NCBI RefSeq assembly: GCF_009914755.1
Contig: NC_060930.1
DNA length: 64,000 nucleotides
From: the human T2T-CHM13v2.0 reference genome, Homo sapiens
Direction: 5' to 3' (one strand)
Position numbers and translations under genes: made by a program. The notes under the pieces were generated by a model, which made no database searches, had not been told where the DNA came from, and was given only the letters and a program-made list of their open reading frames with translations. Of this stretch, positions 54,351 to 64,000 are shown one piece after another (positions within the stretch are counted from its first letter, which is position 1; each line of letters starts with the position of its first letter).

Positions 54351-55569
54351 ATCCCCGCCCCCACCTCAGCTGTGGCTCCTCCGACGAGTCAGGTGACGGC
54401 GGCGGACAAACCCGGACGAGCCCTCGGCGGAGCGCCTCGCGGCCCCCTCCCAGCTACTCACACACACCGCCCCCCGGGGCCGGGAGCTTAAAGGCGAGGG
54501 GGCGCCTCGCGCAAGCATCCCCGGCAAGCGGGCGGGGAGAAGAAGGAGGCGGGGAGGCCGACACCCACCCAGCCAGCGGCTCTCCGCTGGGCGCCGGGCC
54601 GCCCCTCCGCTGCTGGCGCCGCACCCGGCACGCACTGGGCTCGCGCACCACGCACACCTGCCCGCCGACTGCGGGGGGAGCCCTGGGCGTTGGGGGCGTT
54701 GGCCAAGACGGGCGAGTGGGCTTCTCGGGTTCTACTCTGTGAAGGCCAAGGCAAGGGCGTCGTCGCGCGCTGCCTGGCGGAGCCCAGCCCCTTCCCCACA
54801 CTGTCGCTGACACGCCCGCCTGTCAAAGGCTCCGAGGCCCAGATGAGCAGGGCGATTTTAAATGTCAGATCCTGCCGGCCATCCGCGACCGTCACCTGTG
54901 CGTCTTCAGCTCCTCAGGCTCCTCCGCTTGTCTCAGTTACAACTGGGAGCCCGGGTGGGCAGGTAATTCTAGCCACTTTAGTCTTAAACGGATACTGAGG
55001 TCTGCTGAAGGGAGAATAATTAACACAGCCGTTAATCGAGTCCCAGATTACCTTCGACAGTAATCATTTGCGTGCATAAAGAAAACCCTTTGTACCCTTA
55101 AGAAGTAATTTCTGCCAATTAAATATAGTGTTGGAACGTCCGTCAATTGTATGTCAAGTGTATATTCGAATAGTAAGCAGGAATTTCTAAACAGGGATGT
55201 GGAGTTGGTTAATAGCTTCACGTGTTGACATTTTCAAAGGTTGTTATTTATGTTCACCTTTTTTTTTAATTCTCACAGTAGCATGAAGATCAAAACTATA
55301 TTTGTGAGCTTTCCTGGCATTTTTTCTCCTTGCTTCGGGTGGCTTCTGCTCGGCCTTGAAGCCATATATCGATACCTATCGATCTCAACGTTTTGTTATA
55401 TATTCCTCTCTTTCACCTGGTACAGTGTTCAGTATGCAGTCATGATTTCCTAACTACTGAGACTGATTCTAGGACTAATTGGAAGCTTAATGACTAAAGA
55501 GAGACAGCTTAAGAGCACTATTGTCTCAAGTACTAGTCTTACCATATTTACAAGGGAAATAAAAACGCA

Positions 55570-57420
55570 ATTCTATTAAAAAAACTTGTACTCCAGTTTT
55601 ATAGCAGCTTAATATAATGGCCCCAAACTGGAGGAAAGCCAAATGTTATTCTACTAGTAAATGAATAAACAAAATATGGTATATCCACATAATGGAATAC
55701 TACTTAGCAATAACAAGAAACAAACTAATACCATTCATGAATCTCAAATTCATTAGACGAAGGGAAAGAAGCTCTATCAAAAATTCTACTTATTATTTTG
55801 ATTTCATTTATGTAACATTCTGGAAAAGTCAAAACTATAGAAACAGAAAACACATCAGGTGCCGAGTCAGGTGACGGTGGCATTGGGGGAGGGGACTGCA
55901 AAGGGGCAGAAGGAAACTTTTTGGAGAGATGGAAATGTTTTATATCGTGACGGTGATGATGATTATACAGCTGCATGTATTTCTCAAAACTCATCAATTT
56001 GTACACTTAAAATTGGCGAATTTTGTTGTTTGTTAATTATACCTCAATATAATCTGATAGAGTTGGGAGTGGCAATATTAATATCAAAGTAGGTTTTACA
56101 ATAAGGAATATTAATAGCAATAAACAGGCACATTTCATAATGAAAAATTCATTAAGAGCATGGAACAATTCTACTTGTTTGTATATCTAAGAACAGAGCT
56201 TCAAAGTAGGACGAAGCAAAACCTAATAGCATTAAAAGGAGAAACAGGCAAATCCACAATTATACTTCAGGATTTCAGCACTTTTCTCTATGTAATAAAT
56301 AGGACAAGTAGACAGGAAACCTGTAAGGGTATAGATGACTTGAAATAGCCCTGTAGGCCGGACGCGGTTGGCTCATGCTTGTAATCCCAGCACTTTGGGA
56401 GGCCGAGCCAGGCAGATCATGAGGTTAGGAGATCAAGACCATCCTGGCTAACACGGTGAAACCCCGTCTCTACTAAAAATACAAAAAAAAAAAAAAATTA
56501 GCTGGGCGTGGTGGTGGGTGCCTGTAGCCCCAGCTACTCAGGAGGCTGAGGCAGGAGAATGGCGTGAACCCGGGAGGCGGAGCTTGCAGTGAGCGGACAT
56601 CGCGCCACTGCACTTCAGCTGGGGTGACAGAGCAAGACTCTGTCTCACAAAAAAAAAAAAAAAGAAAGAAATAGTCCTGCAGACCAACTTCACCTAATTG
56701 ACATTTATAAAATAGTCCACCCAACAGTAGTGGAATACTTTCTTAAAGTGTGCATGGAATATTCTCCAGGATTGACCATACTGACTGATCCTAAGCCATG
56801 AAGCTAGTCTCAATAAATTTAAAAGGATTATAATCATACACATTATGTTCTCTTACCACAGTGGAATTTAACTAAAAATCGGTGACAGATAGATATATGG
56901 AAATCTCTAAATATTTGGTAATTAAACAACACATTCCAAATAACCCATAGGTCTAATTTTCTCATAAGAAAATTGGAAATTTATTTGAACTAAATAATAA
57001 TGAAAATCCAACATATCAAAATTTGTGGGTTGCAGGCAAAGTGGTGATTAGAGGCAAATTTATAGCATTAAAATGCTTAGGAATGAAGAAAGATCTAAAA
57101 ATATTTATTTGAGTTTGAACCTTAAGACACTAGAAAAAGAATAAATTGAATTCAACATGAGCAGAAAGAAGGAAGTAATAAAGAGTACAAATCAATGAAA
57201 GAGAAAATGACAAATAATAGATAAAATCAATTAAACCAAAAGCCATTTTTTGGAAAAGATCACAAAATGGATAACCCCACTAGCCAGATTGAGCAAGGAA
57301 AAAATAAGATGGCAAAAATTTCCAATTTTAGGAGTGAAAGGAGAAATCAATTCTATGGACATTAAAAAATTAGAGAATGTTATAAACAACATTGTGCAAT
57401 AAGTTGGACAATTTACATAA
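55570..57420 (+). mobile_element. Old L1M fragments (3' end, then the ORF2 endonuclease region), interrupted by AluY
   Basis: ORF fragments MEYYLAITRNKL and LKGETGKSTIILQDFSTFL...RTSRQ. Confidence 0.8.
56356..56671 (+). mobile_element. AluY with TSD
   Basis: gagatcaagaccatcctggctaacacggtg; gaaatag(c/t)cctg(t/c)a on both flanks. Confidence 0.95.
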
Positions 57421-58191
57421 AATGAGGAAGTAGTATAAAATAATGGTTCTCCAACAGTCCAATAATGATGTAATGTCACATATGTTGCTATTAGTTAAGA
57501 GGTTTTGAGCAAATAACATGTTTCCAATAATAATTAAAATAATGCAATCTGTGAATGATTTATTTTTCAAAATAGATTGGAATGGATTCAAAGTCAATCC
57601 TATAATAGTGTGCAGTTACATACAATACACTGGGAAGTATTTGAAGCCAGAGCTTATTCTTGGTATGCTACCCATGTCTCTGGTACTATACATGGGAGAA
57701 TATCCCACACATAAACATCCTGACATAGTGTTAGCAGAATGTTTGAAAATCCCTCAACTATAGAAGTATCATATTCTTATAATAAATAATCAATAAATAA
57801 TGTCAAGGATGGAACCAATATATGAAATGTGGGTTGTTTTGGAAGATCTTAATGAGCGTTGAAAATAGTAGCATATTTTCAGTAGCAAAGATTTGGAGAT
57901 GCTGGCTTCTTACAGCCAGGAAAATCTAGAGTTACATCCATGAATGTTATATACTAAAGTGAAAGAAAGAAAATAGACTAAAAGAAAGAAATATATTGAG
58001 ATAAAAAATTACTTGTTGACATGTTCTCTTTGAAGGCACAGGAACGTAATAAATGATATTCAATAAATCTTAGGCAAGAATAAGAATTGACATTTAATAT
58101 TTTACAAGTTGAAATATCTTTGATCTCAGTGGTCAGAAAATAGGGTAATTATAATAAACACCCCAAACTGCTTTTTAAAAATACATATTGA

Positions 58192-58467
58192 GGCTGGCGC
58201 GGTGGCTCATTCCTGTAATCCCATCACTTTAAGAGGTGGAGGACAGCAGATCACTTGAGGTCAGGAGTTTGAGACCAGGATGGCCAACATGGTGAAACCC
58301 CGCCTCTACTAAAAATACAAAAAATTAGCCGGGCATGGTGGTGTGTACCTGTAGTCCCAGCTACTGGGGAAGCTGAGTCCCAAGAATCACTTCAAGAAGT
58401 TGCAGTGAGCTGAGATCATGCCACTGCACACCATCCTGAGACTCCGTCTCAAAAAAAAAAAAAAAAA
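58192..58467 (+). mobile_element. AluS
   Basis: Dimeric Alu with polyA. Confidence 0.92.
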
Positions 58468-58539
58468 TTGAATTTATTTTCTGGGCCAATATACATAAAT
58501 GCATATATGCTACTAAACAGATTTTTTGTAAGTCTCTGA

Positions 58540-58678
58540 TTTATTTATTTATTTACTTTTTGTATAGACGGTCTCATTTTATTGCCCAGGCTGGTCTTGA
58601 ACTCCTGGCCTTAAGTGATACTCCTGCCTTGACCTCCCAAAGCACTGGGATTACAGGTGTGAGCCACCATACCCAGCT
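58540..58678 (-). mobile_element. FLAM / Alu left monomer
   Basis: gcccaggctggtcttgaactcctggcc...gggattacaggtgtgagccacc. Confidence 0.85.
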
Positions 58679-59126
58679 AAGTCTCTGATGTAATACACAT
58701 GTTTTCTTCTGAGTATCAGATTTAATACAGAAAAATCAAGCCAACAATAATTACACGTAGACCAACAATTTATTTCAGCACGAGGGCAAGTGTCTTCAAG
58801 TTCTTGATTTCAATTTATTTGTAAGATACAACACGTGTACAAGAAACAGAGAAAAATAAAGCTGAAGATAATTTGATTGGCTCAGATAACAACCTGAGGT
58901 GAAATTAGAAAATTTATACCTTTCTCCTAAATCTATAATATTCTCAAGGTAAAACTATAGGGTGAATTTCATTCCAGGAATGCTTTTCTGTCAAAGTAGA
59001 AAAAAACACATTGGTACAAGAATAACCACCCTGATTCTTATTCAATGAATCTTGTATGAAAGACTTAACTTTATACCTCTCAGAGGTTTCTGTGGATTCG
59101 TCACAAAGGTTTACTTTTGTGTGTCA

Positions 59127-59640
59127 CTGTGGTAGTTAGTCCCCCAATAAATCTCCTCCCTTTGCATCTGAGCTGTCTCTGTAACTTGCTTTTGATCAAT
59201 AAAATACAACAGACTGATGCTTGGCAGTTAGGTCATAAGAAACCTTATAGCCTCCACCTATGTTTCTTAGAACATTCCAACTTGGGATGTTCCCTCTTGG
59301 AAGCCAGCCACCGTGTAAGAAATGTGTTTACCCTGAACCACTCTACATGAGTAGCCCAAACACACAGAGATGCCCTGCGTAGGTGCTCTGGTCAAAACCC
59401 CAGCCCAACTCTCATTTAAACAGCCAGTTTCATCTGCCAGATGTCAAAGTGCATAAGCCATCTCAGGTAGCCCAGAGGAGAATTCCAATGACTACAGACC
59501 AGCTGTCACCTGACTGCAACTACATAAAAGACTTCAAAGGAGAACTACCCAGCAGAGTCCTATTCACTCACAAAATTGTGAGAAAGAATAAAAATTTGCT
59601 GTTGTATGCCACAAAGTTTGTTATACAGCAATAGACAATA
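59127..59640 (+). mobile_element. MLT1-type LTR
   Basis: tgtggtag...gacttgctttgatcaata-like segment...ctaggtcataaga-like segment...tttgttatacagcaatagacaa. Confidence 0.7.
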
Positions 59641-60186
59641 GATTTAAAACTGGGAAGCAAATGAAAATAACATACTTAAATTGTTTTTGTGCCATTAGGC
59701 ATGTAAAATGTACATGTTCCTTTTATCATGCCAGTTGTCATGTTGAATTCATTTCTAACCTGAATTTTAGGCAAAACAAAACTTAGTAAATATGTTTGTT
59801 CTGGCTTGGAATATACTTCATTAACTGTAATTCTTAAGAAACTTGAATGGTTTCATGGATGAATGTTATACTTCCCTAAGATAATCGAGTTGTTTGAATC
59901 TCAATCTTACTGATATTTTGTGCAAGCTACAATTTTTCTTGCTACACTAGGGTGTTCATCAGTTTTATGGTCTTTTTCATTTGTTGTCTTATAAAAGAGA
60001 AGCAAGCTTTTTGTCTCTGCTCAAGTGCATTCAGGATACCATAATTTGCTTTTTGTTGTGAATTGCTTTTGAGTTTGGGTGAAGATGTCACATTTGTGTG
60101 TAGGAGTGGAAAATTATTTTAACATAAATTAAAATAACACATTGAATTATTTCCTCCGTTGAAATATTCTTTATTATGTAGCAAGT

Positions 60187-60564
60187 CATATTAGTCTGTT
60201 CTCATGCTACTAATAAAGACATACCCAAGACTGGGTAATTTATAAAGGAAAGAGGTCTAATTGACTCACAGTTCAGCATGGCTGGGAGGTCTCGGAAAAC
60301 TTAACAATCATGGCAGAAGGGGAAGCAAACACGTCGTTCTCCACATGGCGGCAGGAAAAGAAGTATGAGAGCTGAGCGAAGGGGGAAGCCCCTTATAAAA
60401 CCATCAGATCTCATGAGAACTTACTCAGTATCATGAGAACAGCATGGGGACAACCATCCCCATGATTCAGTTACCTCCTACCAGGTCCCTCCCACAACAT
60501 GTGGGGATTATGGGAACTACAATTCAAGATGAGGTTTGAGTGGGGACACAGCCAAACCATATCA
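60187..60564 (-). mobile_element. THE1 solo LTR with 5-bp TSD
   Basis: tattagtctgttctcatgct...ggggacacagccaaaccatatca; caagt at 60182-60186 and 60565-60569. Confidence 0.93.
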
Positions 60565-60639
60565 CAAGTGAATTCCTACAAGATTGTGGTCAAGCTGTAC
60601 ATGATCTGCAAATCTTTCCCAAAGCCTCTATTTTAGTCC

Positions 60640-61120
60640 CTTCTTTTTATATATGAGAAAATGTAAGACTAGAGAGTTTAAGTGACTTTCTCATCATCAC
60701 ACACAGTGAGATAACAGCATAACCAATCCTAAACTTCGTTGTTGAACATCCAATCCAGTGTTCTTTCCACTGCATTCATTGCTTCTGATAAAGGTATAAC
60801 AGTATGATGTTAGACTCTTATTTCATACTAATTAATTCTTCAGTAAAAAAAAAAATCCTTTTTAAAATTTATGGGCTGGAAGGATGGTGGCTAATATCTT
60901 AGGTTATAGAAGTAAACAAGCCCTGGTTTGATTCCCTAGCGTTGGTCCTTACTAGCTGTGTGACTTTGGGCAAGGTTTGTAGCCCTTAAGGATGAGTTTC
61001 CTCATCTGTAAAATGTGCTTGATCCATAATATCCACCTCAAAGATTGCTGTTACTATCAAATGAGGTAATGCAAATAAAGCCAATAGCACAGTGTTTGGC
61101 ATGCAATAAAAGCCTAATAA
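60640..61120. mobile_element. Two MIR fragments in opposite orientation
   Basis: atgagaaaatgtaagact...aagtgactttctc (-) and tgtgactttgggcaag...tttcctcatctgtaaaatg (+). Confidence 0.7.
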
Positions 61121-61372
61121 TTGCAACTGATAATACTCTGTAATTGTTGATAGACTGATTTTATTAATATATTACTATATTTTCATTTTTATTTTATTAT
61201 TTGGAACTACAACTCAAGTGTATATAGTTCTCTGATTGAAATATTATTTTACTAGTATCATCTTTAAAGTGAGAAAATAAATTAATAATTTACCTAGCTC
61301 CTGAGATGTGAAATCATGTTACTTCAATATTATCATGGAGAGTATCAAGCTTCTATTAATTTCAGGAAACTA

Positions 61373-61751
<379 letters not shown>

Positions 61752-62263
61752 TTATGAACAGCATTTTGTTATTTCCTTTTTATTAATTGAAAAAGATGAT
61801 TGCAAGAGAATTCTTTGGAGTGAGAAGATTTTGCTGTGAGAAAGGAGAAGATTAATCAGGAAAGTCTGTCTGAAGAAGGAAGTTTCCCAAGGAAACTTCT
61901 AACTCAAGGGCATAGGAGAGCCGAAGCAGTGTGCCTCACCTTCAACTGTGTATCTCCAGGTTTTCCTCTCATTCTTTAACTTGCTCCTGTATTTTAGGTT
62001 GCTGTTTGTGTTTGTCTACAGCTCAATTTATATTTGAAGTTGCTTAGGAAAAATGACACTGACTTTACTTGATACTTCATTGCACGAGGATCACAGAAGC
62101 CACATGCATTTGTCTTTGTGCAGCTCCAGGAACACAGCAGTGGACTGTGAGAAGAGCTGGTATTTCTCATACTCCTTCAAATTGTGTATCTAAAACATAC
62201 ACATTACTCATCACTTCAAAAATTCTCATGCAAAAAATAAATGAGATATATATAGATATATAG

Positions 62264-62569
<306 letters not shown>

Positions 62570-62578
62570 TACTTACTT

Positions 62579-63572
62579 ACATGTATATAAATGTGTGTAC
62601 ACATATATACATATATGTACATATATACGCACATACGCATATATATGTACATATATACACACATACGCATATATGTACATATATACACACATACGCATAT
62701 ATGTACATATATACACATATGCATATATGTACATATATACACACGCATATATGTACATATATACACACGCATATATGTACATATATACACACATATACGT
62801 ATATGTGTGTATACACACATACATATGTGTATACACACATACATATGTGTATACACACATACGTATATACGTATGTACACATATACATATATACGTATAT
62901 ATACACATATACACCTATATACACACATATACATATATGTACATATACGCACATATACATATATGTGTACATATATACACATACATATATGCACATATAT
63001 ACACACATGTACACTATATACACACATGTACACCTATGCACATATATACACACATGCACACACGTACACACACGCACACATATGTACACACATGTACACA
63101 TGTGTACACATATGCCCATATGCACATGCATGTACACGTGTGCGCATGTGCATATATACACGTATATGCGCATATGTACATATATGTACGTATATGCGCA
63201 CATGTGCATATATGTACGTATATGCGCATATGTATATATGTGTATATACGTGTATATACCACGTATATACACATATACATATATACAGATATGTACATAT
63301 ACACATGTATATACACATATATGTACATATATACACGTATATACACATATATGTACATATATACACATACACATATATGTACATGTATACGCGCATATAC
63401 TTATATGTTGATATATACACGCATATACATATATGTGCATATATACACGCATATACATATATGTACATATATACACGCATATACATATATGTGCATATAT
63501 ACACGCATATACATATATGTAGATATATACACGCATATACATATATGTACATATATACACACACATATATAT
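62579..63572. repeat. ~1-kb complex (TA/CA/TG/CG) alternating purine-pyrimidine repeat with higher-order 22-28-bp units
   Basis: Units such as acacgcatatacatatatgtacatatat recur; long Y/I/H/T/C/V/M low-complexity ORFs in all frames. Confidence 0.97.
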
Positions 63573-64000
63573 AGGTCTTTATAGTCAACAATTTCTAGTA
63601 ACAAGAATATTAAAGAGAAATGGAAAGTTTAGGCTATTTGATATTCAGTATAACCAGATGAGAATGAACTGCTGTGTTACTGTTTAAACTAATTTTGGCT
63701 AGAACAAGTAAAGCCTTACTCTTTCTAGAGCATAATGCATTTAACGATATTGAATTTCTTTTTTAATTTACCTCAAGTACTTTCTTTTGTCCAAGGACTT
63801 ATGCTTCAGACAGTCAGGAGTCATACACAGCACAGAACATTGTTGTGGGAGGTTCAGATAATTAGTAGAGTATACATTTGCAATTTGTTCAAATACTGTA
63901 CTTGAATTATGCTAGCCACACATCAGAAAGTTCCCAAATAAGCCCCCAAATAAATCATAATAAAACAAAATATATAATATTCTTTCTTGTAAAACGTTAG

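Larger units (their letters stand above)
52950..55000. promoter_or_regulatory. CpG island / SNAP91 promoter
   Basis: About 2 kb of very high GC with dense CpG and multiple GC boxes (GGGCGG/CCGCCC), spanning the first exons and the ATG exon. Confidence 0.93.

Noticed and set aside
53560-54396. 278-aa plus-strand ORF and the overlapping 100-190-aa ORFs in the CpG island
   Set aside because: Pro/Arg/Ala/Gly-rich, non-ATG or weak starts, no recognisable domain; stop codons are naturally scarce in very GC-rich DNA
57430-57900. Unique-looking segment with an 81-aa ORF (57518..57763)
   Set aside because: No recognisable homology, splice context or motif; cannot be supported

Overview
Mammalian (primate, almost certainly human) genomic DNA containing the 5' half of SNAP91 (AP180, the neuronal ANTH-domain clathrin assembly protein) on the minus strand. 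A CpG-island promoter lies at ~52.95-55.0 kb. Six coding exons are recoverable with GT-AG boundaries: 53042-53171, 10665-10807, 7573-7648, 6728-6830, 4225-4318 and 1981-2092. Together they give 658 coding nt (codons 1-219 plus one base of the ANTH domain), and the gene continues beyond position 1. A 42-kb intron follows the ATG exon. The rest is repeat-rich: ~19 Alus, a near full-length Tigger1, Charlie1, MER47, MER2, MER20, MADE2, L1PA/L1M, L2, MIR, MLT/MST/THE1 LTRs, an ERVL pol remnant and a ~1-kb purine-pyrimidine alternating repeat. There is no prokaryotic-type system, and I found no clearly new gene. The most notable observations are: (i) several candidate cryptic or poison exons in intron 2 and a frame-preserving 222/225-nt candidate exon in intron 5; (ii) a 57-bp templated inverted insertion flanked by a 24-bp duplication; (iii) a twin-primed inverted L1 nested in a hAT element; (iv) an ERVL remnant ending at the exon 7 donor. 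Repeat subfamily names are recognised from memory of consensus sequences and their boundaries are approximate.
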